Of a stretch of 64,000 nucleotides of DNA, positions 48,317 through 59,720 are shown in pieces. A program made the position numbers and the translations under genes. The notes under the pieces are model-generated. The model was not told the DNA's origin. It did no database searches and worked only from the letters and a program-made list of their open reading frames with translations. This DNA comes from Heteronotia binoei (Eukaryota), in NCBI RefSeq assembly GCF_032191835.1, contig NC_083230.1:2728001-2792000 (forward strand). Direction: 5' to 3'. Each line of letters opens with the position of its first letter. Position 1 is the stretch's first letter.

Positions 48317-51300
48317 TTAACCATTGTCAAAAATCACCAAATATCCTTTAACATTCCATTGTTTTTCAACATACTTTTGGAACTTTGCCCATTCATTTTT
48401 AAACTTCACTAAGTCTTGTTCTTTTAAGATTCTTGTAAGCTTGTCCATTTCACTCCAATGCATAACTTTCAAAATCCACTCCCACATTTCTGGTATTTTG
48501 TCTTGTTTCCACATCTGCGCATATAATGTCCATGCAGCTGAAAGCATATACTAGATTATTGTTCTATCTTGTTTTAAAAATATTTCCATTTGTAATCCCA
48601 ACAAGAAAATGTCTGGTGCCTTCTTAATATTATATACCAAAATTTTTGAGATCTCTTGCTGAATCGTTTGCCAAAATTGTTTTGCCTTTTCACAAGTCCA
48701 CCACATATGGTAGAAAGATCCTTCTTTTTTACATTTCCAACATCTATCGGACACCTGATTATTCATTTTTACCAGTTTCTTAGGTGTCATATACCACCTA
48801 TATAACATTTTAAAGCAATTTTCCTTAATTCTATATCATGTAGATATTTCCATAGAGTTCTTCCATAAATGTTCCCATGACTCCATCTGTATTTCTTTAT
48901 TTATATTTATTGCTCATTTTATCATTTGTGATTTAACTACATCTTCCATATACCATTTCAGTAATAGTTTATATGTCATTCTCCCCAAACAGCATTCTTT
49001 CCAGTTCTGTTTGTTCTTGTCTTATTCCATATTTCTTAATGCCCTGTTCAAGCAAACTTTTTATTTGTTGCAATTGAAACCAATTATATTTATAATAATA
49101 ATACTTTTTATTTGTATCCCACCCTCCCTGCCAGGGCAGGCTCAGGGCGGCTTACAGCATATGAATATAAAATACAATAAAACCATACATAGTAATTACA
49201 GTTACAATTACAATTACAGTTATACTGTATTTCCTCAGCCGATTTTAATTCCACCTTTCCTCCTTGAATTTTTAAAAGCTGTTTATATGATAACCACTTC
49301 TCTTCTTTAATATCTGAATACAATTTTATTACTTCTGTTGGCACAATCCAAGGTGGTCTCCTCTATATATTTTATATTTTGATCAAGTATTTAACAAATT
49401 ACTTCTTATATAATGATGTGAGAAAAAGCCATCTATCTTATTTTTCCCATAATACATGTAAGCATGCCATCCGAAGACATTTCCATGACCTAATGTTAGT
49501 AATTTTCTATTTAGTAATGTCATCCATTCCTTAATCCACACCAGGCATACTGCTTCATGATACAACTTTAAATTAGGTAGTTGAAATCCACCTCTTTCTT
49601 TCACATCTGTCAGGATTTTCATTTTGATTCTTGGTTTTTTCCTGGCCCATACAAATTCTGAAAGTTTCCTTTGCCATTTATTAAATTGTTTGTTGTCTTT
49701 CACTATTGGAATTGTTTGAAACAGGAACATAATTCTCGGTAAAACATTCATCTTAATTGCAGAAATTCTGCCCAGCATAGACAAGTTCAATTTATTCCAT
49801 TTTATCAAATCCCCATCGATCTTACGCCAAAGTTTCTCATAATTATTTTTATACAAATCAATATTTGTTGTTATTTCCACACCTAAATATTTTACTTTAG
49901 AGGTAACTTCACATTCTGTTAACCTCGGTAGTTCTTCCTGTTTCCTCTTTAACATATTTTTGCACAAAATTTTCAATTTTTCTTTGTTTATGTAAAAGCC
50001 TGCTAATTCTCCATATTCTTGTATCTTACGAAGCAACAATGGTGTTACATGAGTGGGATTTTCATTAATAAACATTACATCATCTGCAAATGCTCTGTAC
50101 TTATAAAAAAAACCCTTTCACTTTCAGTCCCTCTATCTCTTTATCTTCTTGAATTTGCATTAGCAAAACCTCTAAAGTCATTATAAATATCAGTGGAGAT
50201 AGAGGGCAACCTTGTCTTGTTCCTTTACTTATTATCATTTTTTCCGTTAAATCTGCATTAATACAGAGCCTTGCTTGTTGTTCAAAATATATCACCTTTA
50301 CCATTCTTATAAAATCTTCTCCCAGCCTCAGTTTCTCCATCACAGCAGACATAAAGTCTCAATTCACATTGTCAAAGGCCTTCTTTGCATCTGCAAAGAA
50401 TAATGCCACCTCTTTTTCAGGATATTTCTCATAATATTCAACAATATCTATGAGAGTCCTAATGTTATCTCTAATTTGTCTCCTGGGGAGAAATCCTGCT
50501 TGTCCCTCTTTAATAAAATTATTCAAATGCTGCTTGAGTCATTCTGCTAGTATCCTAGCATATATTTTGTAATCATTATTAAGTAATGAAATTGGTCTGT
50601 AATTTTTTACATTTGTGGTGTCTCTATCTTCTTTTGGTATCAACAAAATTATTGCTTTCTTCCATGTATTTGGTATTTTCCCATCAATCCTTATAATGTT
50701 CATCAATTTTTGAAGTTTTGGTACTAACACTTCTGTGAGGACTTATAAAATTTGGCTGTAAAACCATCTGGGCCTGGTGCTTTCCCCATTTTGATTGAAT
50801 TTATTGCTGCTTCAACTTCAGTTTTTCCAATTGGTTCATTTAAGACCTTTTCCATATTTTCTGTTAAGGGACTTACTTGAATTTTCTGTAAATACGCATC
50901 TATTTTTCTTTTCTCCACCATTTGACCTTGAAATAACTTAGCATAGTATTTATAAAATTCCCTTTTAATTCCTGCTTGGTCAACAATCTCTTTACCATCC
51001 AATACAATTTTAGTAACAAATTTATTTTCCCATTTTTTTTCCGTTTACCAAGCCAGGTATTTTTTAGGTTTATTTGCTCCTTCAAAAGATTTCTGTTGCA
51101 ACCTCTTAAGGTTCCATTCTACCTCTTTATTTAACAAATCTCTCAATTGGTTCTGCAATATAGTAATTTCCCTTATTTTTCCCGGTCTTTTTTTGAGTTC
51201 CTTTTCTTTTTTTCCAATCTCTTTTTGAATGTCCAGCAGTTGTTTTTCTTTGTCTCTTTTGCTCATTGTAATTAAAGCACTTCTAATTACAGCTTTTTAC

Positions 51301-52140
51301 GCATCCCACACAGTTTGAAATTGAATGTCCTCATTTTCATTTGTTTGAAAAAAAGCTTTAGTTTCTTTTTCTAGAGACACCACTATCTCTGTTTTCTGTA
51401 GCAAATCTTCATTTATTCTCCATCTCCTAGTCTTTTTCACATGTTTTGCTGACCACCTCAATGGATTGTGATCTGCCCCAACTTTAGAAAGAATCTCTAT
51501 TTTTCTCATCATAAGTCCAAGATTCTTTGTAGTCCATAACATATCAATTCTTGAGAAAGAGTTATGCCTTGCTGGAAAAAAAAGTATAGTCACGTACCTT
51601 AGGATTAAATTTCCTCCATATATCTTCCAGGCTTTCTTGTTTCACTAAATCAAAAAATGACTTTGGTAATTTCCCTTCCTTATTTCTTTTTCCTGATCTA
51701 TATAAATCATTTATAATTGTTCCATTAAAGTCTTCCATTATCATTATTTGTTTGTAGGTCACTTGGTCTAATTGTTGCGAAATATCTTTAAAAAAAGAGT
51801 CTTTTGCCCTATTTGGGGCATACAATCCCAACAACGTCTTTTTGTCATTCATCATCACTTCCACAGCTAGATATTTGCTGTCATTGTCCTTAAAAATCAA
51901 TTTTGGATCTAATTCTTGTTTAACATAAAAAATCACACACCTTTTTTTCTCCTTAGCCAAGGAAAAAAATTCTTTGCCCAATTGTTTATTCCATAAAAAT
52001 TTGTAATCAAATTGTTTGATATGTACTTCTTGTAAACAAATTATGTTGCATTTTTGTTTCTTGATCCGTTGAAATGTAGCCTTTCTTTTTTGCGGTGAAT
52101 TTAGTCCATTTACGTTCCAAGATATTAATTTGTAATCCAT
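48317..52140 (-). pseudogene. L1 ORF2p (EN, RT, CCHC), fragmented
   Basis: Collinear ORF pieces 51562-52140, 51297-51593, 51045-51266, 50724-51002, 50539-50730, 50101-50352, 49383-50075, 48551-48808 and 48317-48547. A foreign insertion sits at ~49105-49220. Confidence 0.9.
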
Positions 52141-52154
52141 AACGGTTCTTTTCT

Positions 52155-52963
52155 TTATTCTGTATCCTCAAATCCCCTATTTTCTTCAAAAAACTTTGTC
52201 AGTTCCAGTACATTTGTAATTGTAATCCTTTTTCCTCCATGCTCGAAACTTAGACCTTCTGGCAGTATCCATCTGTATCTCACTTCCATATCCTGCAACT
52301 TGTCAGTTAACTTTTTGTATAGTCTTCTATCACTTACGACTTTTCTTGGCAACTCTTTCATAATTCTCACTCGACTTCCCTCAATTTCCAATGTTTTTTT
52401 CAAACTGTTTTTTTTAAGATTTTTCCCACCATGTCTCTTGTGATGAATTTAACTACCACATCTCTTGGTAGTTTTTTTTTCTTGGCATACAGGGAATTAA
52501 CCCTATATATATAATCATACAGGTAACTAGATTCATCGGCATCTATCTCTACAAACTCAGCAATAGTTCTTATTATATATGTCCTTAAATCAGATCCTTC
52601 ATCTTCAGGTACTCCTCTCAAATGAATCTGGTTTTCCATTAACTTACAATCTTGCAGAACTGCTTTCTCCTGCAATTTATTAATCATGGAGTCTCGATCT
52701 TTCACCTTATTTTCAACCACATGTACTTTATTTAACGTTGTTTGTGAGTCCTTTCTGAGATCTTCAATTTCTTTTTTTATTTCTGACTTCACTACCTCTA
52801 GTTCTTTGACTACTTGCTTTTTATTCTCTGTTATTAACTCCTTCATCACTTTAATCAGTCTTGCCTCCATGGCATCTAGTTGTTCTTGTATTTTAGGCAT
52901 TTTCCCCTCCTCAAGTGAAGTGGTCCTTGCACGTGTCTGTTTTGGCAGCCTCTGCTCAGACAT
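52155..52963 (-). pseudogene. L1 ORF1p (coiled coil, RRM and CTD), one frameshift near 52400
   Basis: ORFs 52400-52963 and 52155-52403 contain LRGVPE, RVNS, PRDVVVKF and YRWILPEGL. Confidence 0.85.
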
Positions 52964-54639
52964 TCCTCTCCCCTCACTGCCAAAATAAGCTTTTGGGTTG
53001 ACATCTCCAAATTAAAAATAAACCACTGGATCTTAAAGTTTGGGAGATGCCCTTTCCAATGCTCCCAAAATTGCTGTTCTCAGGGCTTCCTAGCCCAAGA
53101 TATTAATTTTTAAGGTCTTTAAAAAAGACAAAATTTTTCTAATCTGTTTAAAATTCTCTTCTCCTCCAAGAGGCCACCCAAATTGACACCACTTATATGT
53201 TCCAATATATTTCACTCTGAAGTGATGATATCTGCCGGCTCCAATAACTTTTAAAGTCCTGTTTTTTTCTTTCAATTTTTAAAATTATTTTGACCTTCCT
53301 TTAATGGCTGCCACAATTTTTCTATGATTTTCCAGTCCTAGTGAAGGCCAGGAGGACTTTAGATTTCCTTCTTCCAATGGCTTCTTCCTGCTTTTCTTGC
53401 CACGAAGTCCCGTTCTCAATGGTTGAAAGATCTCGCATTACAATTTCTGCGTCACTTCCTGTGAAGTCTTCCAGCTCAGCAACTCAGTGACGATGGGAGT
53501 TTTTTACAGAAACCACAAGTATTCCAAACATAAGTTGTTTTTCAGCCTTTAACTTTGCTTCTAAATCTCCAAAAAGTCTCAAAATTATCCCCTTCTCTTG
53601 TTTATAGCTTTGGAATTTTATAACTAAGTCCAAACTTCAATCTTTATCTCATATAAAGTTGATTTTGGTCCCGGAGTGAAGATAAAGATCTCCTTACCTT
53701 GCAGCCAAATTTAACCTCCTTAACACCATTCTCTCCAAAAGATGATTATTTAGAAATTAAAATAGTCCAAAGAAGGCTTGAATCTTGATGAGTTTAAGTC
53801 AATTTAATGACCACGGAGACCCTTTGTAGACACTGAAATGCAATTCTTTGATGGGGACTCTTCAAAGCCTAAAAGGAACCCCACTGGGATTCCTCGTCAG
53901 CCAAAGTAAATCCCCTCAGAATTCTCTCATGCATGCCTTGGCCTTTTCCCTTCACTGAGAAAAGTAGGCAGCAGGTATTGGGTTCACCTTCTCTGCCCAA
54001 AACAAAGGCTCCGGTCCACTCACCTTGTGAGAAGCGGCTCAACTCTCCATGATCCAACCCCGGAAGTCCTTGTCTTTCCCATCTTGTCAGCCTTAGAGAC
54101 ACCCAGTTGTTCACAGCAGCTGGTGACAAAATTGGGGTGTGTAGCTGCTGGCACTCTGTCACTCCTTGGCATGCCAGGAAAGGCGGCAGTGGATCACCAC
54201 TTCTCTAGGCAATTTTCTCCTTCCCTTCATTTGAAAAAAGTCAAAATCCTAACCACAATATGTCTAACCAAATAAATAAGAAACTGGCATAAACAAAGAT
54301 GACTAAATAAAGCAGTCTTAGAAAGATAGGTGAGTACACATCTCTTGCCTCTGGGTGCACTGATGATTTTCTAAACCATGCTGGTAACTGGAATGCAGCC
54401 CCAGGGATCCTGCTGCTTTGCTTGGTATACGTTTCCCCACTATTTTCTTTAACTTGCATTATTGCAGATTTTTCCCCGTTTTGTTTTCTGATTCTGCCCC
54501 CATGACAGCCATTTTGTGGTGGTATCTACCATCTAGAGAAAGAGAGAGAAAAAATTGTGTGTGTGTGCATGTGTCAGATACCAAACTGAATTATCTGTTT
54601 ATAGGTACCAACTGGGCACTGGATTGTTAAATTTGTAGC

Positions 54640-54980
54640 AGGTAGGGGTAACAGGTCCCTCCTGGTAGATGTTGGGCAAGACTGACGAGATGAAAGGAGA
54701 AGGCTTAGGCCTTGTGGTCAGCATTGCACAGGAAGTGACATTATATCTGGGCAATGCTCTGGTATTTGGACAAAAACTCTATGGTAAAACTGGCTTCTAC
54801 CATAGAGTTTTTGCCCAAATACTAGAGCATCATCTGGATGTTGCTGGCATGATGATGCCACTTCCTGAGGTTTAGGCCTTTTCCTTTCTCCTGGTAAGTC
54901 CCTACACTGGCCAGGTGATTGGTGGCTGGGCATAATGCCTGTTAGTAGAGGACCTCCACTGGGAGTCTGGCAACCCTACT
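54640..54980. mobile_element. hAT-type MITE with internal palindrome
   Basis: Arms at ~54752-54786 and ~54798-54830. Ends ctggcaacccta. Same family as 6960-7290. Confidence 0.7.
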
Positions 54981-55543
54981 AGTGGACCAGAAGGTGAGGT
55001 TGTTGTACATGTATCCTGTACATTTTTATCTCTCTTCTTCTAAAGAAGCTCAGAGATTTGTACATGGCTGTTCAGCCCTCATTTCATCCACTCAAAACTG
55101 CTGTGAGGTAGGTGAGACTGCGAGAGAAGCCCTGTTCACATGTTACAGTGCCTATATACATTTAAGTAAGAGCCAACGTGTGATCACTTCACAGGTGAAA
55201 CCAAGGACCTGCACCTGGTTAAATGTGGGGTTTGCAGCTGTACATACATTTAGTGCAGCATGAGAATTACATGCATTTTAAAAAATCAAGTGTACACTGT
55301 ATGTGGATTGTATGCATGTTCACTGTAACTTGTGAACAGTGCCAAGGGCAGCCAGCAAGCTTCATGGCAGAATGAAGATTTGTACTCTGGTCTGCCTTAA
55401 CCTAGTCTAACATTCTAACTCCTATGCCACATTTTTTTCTCCTACTGATACTGTTTTTCATTATTCTTATTGGTGTTGTGTGTTGTTTCGTAAGTGAAAC
55501 TCAATAAAATAATGGAGAAGCAAAACTGGAGCTGAACTGGAAA

Positions 55544-55751
55544 TAGGCTTGCCAAGTCCTGGTTGGAAAATGACTAGAGATTTGGGGGTGGAGCCTAAGG
55601 ACAGCAAATTTTGAGGAGAGCAAGGACCTCAGTGCCATAGGGACCACCCTCCAAAGGAGCCATTTTGTCCAGTGAAGCAGATTTCTGTCATCTGTGTATC
55701 AGTCGTAATTCTGGGAGATCTGTAGGCCTCACCTGCAGGTTGGCAACCCTA
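55544..55751. mobile_element. hAT-Blackjack-like MITE ending ~170 bp upstream of a SEMA3C exon
   Basis: TAGGCTTGCCAA...TTGGCAACCCTA with a perfect 8-bp TSD ACTGGAAA. Confidence 0.85.
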
Positions 55752-55919
55752 ACTGGAAAGCTAATGCACATGCTGTGCGATCATTCCTGTTTTAGAGAAT
55801 AAGGTGAACTTTCTGAAATGTTTGAGAATTTTTACGTAAGGTGTCATTTAAACTGATTGTGTTAAGATTAATTTTCAAGCATTTCTCAAGATAATGTGTT
55901 ATTTTTGTGTGTGTTCCAG

Positions 55920-56010
55920 GACCAAGTTTTCAAAATCGATTCCAAATGTGAATCTGGGAAGGGACGTTGCTCTTTCAACCCAAATGTGAACACTGTCTCT
56001 GTTATGATCA
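55920..56010 (+). CDS. SEMA3C: SEMA3C internal coding exon (91 nt, phase 0-1), DQVFKIDSKCESGKGRCSFNPNVNTVSVMI
   Basis: gttccAG acceptor and GTaagt donor. DSKCESGKGRCSFNPNVNTVSVMI distinguishes SEMA3C from other class-3 semaphorins. Confidence 0.97.
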
Positions 56011-59000
56011 GTAAGTAAGTGAAAACAACCAGGGTTTCAAAAAGCTTAAATCATCAGGTGTGGAGAGTGAAATGATAGGGTGTTGTAAACAAATTGAGTT
56101 GCAGTGAAAGAGAAGAAAACTAAGAAAAAATGGCTGTGGTTCTAGTGCATCCTGCTTTGTTTAAGAGGCTTGGACTCCAGGGCCCTTCTGGCAACAGGCT
56201 CCCATTATGCTTGGCTTCAGTTCAGGTCAACGAGATTGAAAAGTTAAGAAAGCAAGACAAAATATTTTCAAAGTCCTGTTGAGGCAGGTTAAGTATAGGC
56301 CTCAGTTACTTTGGTAGGATTTTAAACATATTTTTTAGGCCCCCCCCCCGAGTTAAAATGTGCAACTTTTTATTTTTATTTAAAAATATTCTGCTTACAT
56401 AAATGGAGTAAAATGAGATTTGACTAAGTTGCTATAATTGTTAGGTGCTAAGGTTGCCAGATCCAGCTCAGGAAATATCTGGAGACTTTGGGGGTAGAGC
56501 TGGGAGACTTTCCAGTTCCCTAAAACAAACAAACAAATAAAAATACAGTAGTGCAGTTCCCTAAATACAGTCTTCATTTCCTCATCCTCTTCTTTGTTTT
56601 ATTTTATTCCCCAGTAGCTGTACTTCCACAAAATTAAAGTGAACACACACACACTCACAAAGCAGCCAAAATAAACAGCTTGTATGCCCACACTTCTGTG
56701 AACTCCCTGGGGCAATGGTATAGATGGCTTTACTCACTGGAGTTGCTGAATGTAACAATCTGCTGTAACAACTTAAGGAGAGAGGTCTAGGGGGTGGAGT
56801 TTTCCCTCTATTCCATAACCAGCTTCTAGTTAACTCTTTACTAACCCTTTCACTATACAAACAGCTTCTGAAAGGAATGCAAAATGAACAGAGGGATTAG
56901 GCTCTCTTCCTCTCTCACACATGTGGCTCTGCCTGCTCACCTCACCCCCATGAGTTTCAGTCTCACTGAGATTTAAAGGTATACACGGACCCCTTCCAAA
57001 ACACAAGCAGTGTGCTAGCTTCTAAGCCTATCTGAGATCTAAAGGCACATAGAGGCTGGTGGGGTGGGGTGGGGCTTTCCCTCACTGGCTAGCTGGGTGG
57101 TGGTGGGGAAGAGCCTGTAAAACCAGGGGATCTCCCTGCCAGGACTTGGAACTAGCAAGCCTATTGGGTTTTGTTCTCGAGGCCTGTGTTCAGAAAAGAA
57201 AGCAATTGATGTTGCCCAAGTGCAGTCCTGTGTAGAGGTGCTCCAGTCTGAGCCTTTTGATTTCAAGGGAAAAAATTCTCTTTAACCACTTATCCAATCC
57301 CAGGGATAATTTTATAAACATTTATCAGCTCCACCCTCAGCTCCCCCCCTAAGCTGAGAAGCCCCAGTTTATGTTATCAGGTTTCTAACCATAGTCCCAA
57401 TTTCTGTTTCAAGCTATGTGTTTCCAATAAAGTATACATTGTTTAAATGAATACGTCCTTGAGTCTCCATCGCCTGACACACTTTAGTGGGTAGTTAAGA
57501 CACCAAGGATGGGGGGAAGTGAATACCTTCACTTGGATGGGCAGGTAGGAAGACACCAAGTGGGGGGGGGGGTGCTCACCCAGAACCTCTTCCTAGAACC
57601 CGTTGTATTTTTCTTCACAACGAGCCTTATTCCTAGTAGACTTATAATTCTGAAGCAAAACACATTCTTTAGTTGCTGTCCTACCCCTACAAAACAGGTT
57701 TCATCCTGCCCTTGCTGAAAGAAAATCATGCAGGCAGCTTAGGGATGCATCATTGTATCAGATAGCAAAATTGATAGGTGTCCAGTTCATTACCTCACCA
57801 ACAACCCAGAAATACCAAAACATAAGCAGACTCATGTATGAGGTGGCATTTCTTACAGTTTGGGGGGGGTGGGGGAATCTGTAAGCCACAATCTTAAGGA
57901 TCCCACTGGTGGATGATGAATTCAACCCACTGGAGGATGTTGAATTCAGCACTTCTGGAAGTGAGAGGTTATTTTGGCAAAGGTTTTGTGTTTTGGGACA
58001 GCCTTGCCAACCCATGAGATTCGTATTGTTGACCCAAGACAAAAGAAACTGAAAATCATTCTTAGGTACACTGTACATACTCTACCACATATGAGCTGAA
58101 TTGATCATTGCGAAGAATTTAGGTACATAATTCTATTATTTCTCATATAAGTGGAAACACTTCGGAATTCATTTGGACTCCAGTTTAAAATGTTCAGATT
58201 TTGTTGTTTGAAATGATATATTCTCTTCAGTCATATTCAATAGGCTAAAGTCTGCAGGTTTCTGAATCAGGTTTTTACATGGAGTATGTCTCTGTTCTTC
58301 AGGTTTCTCAAATGAGGCCATATTTTGAATTCAGTCAGAGCAAAATTCTGCCCAACACTAGCTGTATGCACTCACTTGTTCCTCTGTATGAGGCAGAAGG
58401 AGCCAGACTGGGAATTCTTCGTTAAGAGATTCAGACTTTTTCACCCTATGCTGTGAGTGTGGCCTTGTCAGATTTTTCCTTTCATTGCTTTCACATATGG
58501 TTCCTGTTCCCAAGAGCATCTCAATGTGTATCCCAAAACATAGACAAGTGTCTCTTAAATCTTTCTCCCTTCACTGTGAACAGGAACGAGACTGATTGCT
58601 TGCTATTCACTTCCAAGTGCTTGTGATTTGACTTCTTCTTAAGACGCAGCAACTGAGGTGAAATTCTGTCCAAGGTTCATTCTAGGAGGAGCAGGGTAAA
58701 CATCCTTTGCTTAGGACAGGCTTCTCTAATCTTGTTGACCATGTAGGTACTTCGAGAATTTTGTGAAAAGGCAATGGCTGCCAACACAAAATGGCTGACG
58801 GCAAAGAAGGGATGGGATTGGTTTTGGACACTATTTCCTCCCAGTGAGACCTTCTTGGTGCTGCCAAGTCTCTTTCAACCTATGATGACCCTATGAATTA
58901 ACAACCTCCCAAATGTCCTATTGTTAACAGCCTTGCTCAGGTGTTGTTAATAGCCTTTCTCGGGCTGGGGCGGAGTTTGTCAATGGCTAGCCCAGGAGAC

Positions 59001-59720
59001 CTGGGTGGACTTCAATTCACCCTGGACTCACTGTGGTGGCGCCTAGCAAACTGCGTGGCTGAACACCAACAGATGAAAAACGCAAGTTGCTGAACTGTTA
59101 AGAACAAGTGACAGCTGGAGGCTAAAGAACTGCCTGAATTGCTGCTCACACTTTAAGACACTCGCACTAGCGCTTTAAGAAATTCAAGGCTGCACCAAGT
59201 CACCAAGAAATTATCAGATGCCCTGGCACTAATATAATCTTGCACTCAGATGTTCTGGCATTTAAGACCCCAATACTGACATAGTTACTGGAATAACTGT
59301 TTTCTTGCACCAGCACTTTTGAACTATCTCAACTACGTAGTTTAACACCTGCTGTCTTCTATTGTGGACCCTGTTCAATTCAATGCTGCTATTCCTTAAG
59401 AAAAAAATTTTCTTCTCTAAATTGGGAATGATTGGAACATTAGATCTAATTGAAGAAATTGTTATCTACTGATCGAATTGTTAATTTGCTAATTGATTGG
59501 GTAGATGAGGGAGGGGAGGGGATTTTGAATGAATTGACACATTAATTGGCAAAAGTAGATGTGTTAATTAGATTAGATAGTGTTGTTAATTTTGCTAATT
59601 GATTGGGTAGAGGAGGGAGGGGAGGGAGGGAGGAGACTTTAAATTAATTACTCTTAAACTAATTGGCAAAAATGGAAAGTTAGTAGTAGGAATATTGTAT
59701 TACTGTATTACTGGAGATAA

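Larger units (their letters stand above)
47985..54070 (-). mobile_element. Near full-length L1 (5'UTR, ORF1, ORF2, 3'UTR), ~6 kb
   Basis: The 5' end begins GGACTTCCGGG on the minus strand. ORF1 spans 52963-52155 in two frames. ORF2 runs from 52140 (ISWNVNGLNSPQKR, CLQEVH, DFN, SRID, KAPGPDGF, YRPISLLN.DYK, GTRQGCPLSPL, ADD, CWKC..GSFYHMWWTC) to ~48317. Confidence 0.93.

Noticed and set aside
59035-59055. TGGCGCC as a retroviral tRNA-Lys primer-binding site
   Set aside because: The match stops after 7 nt and there is no LTR end immediately upstream.
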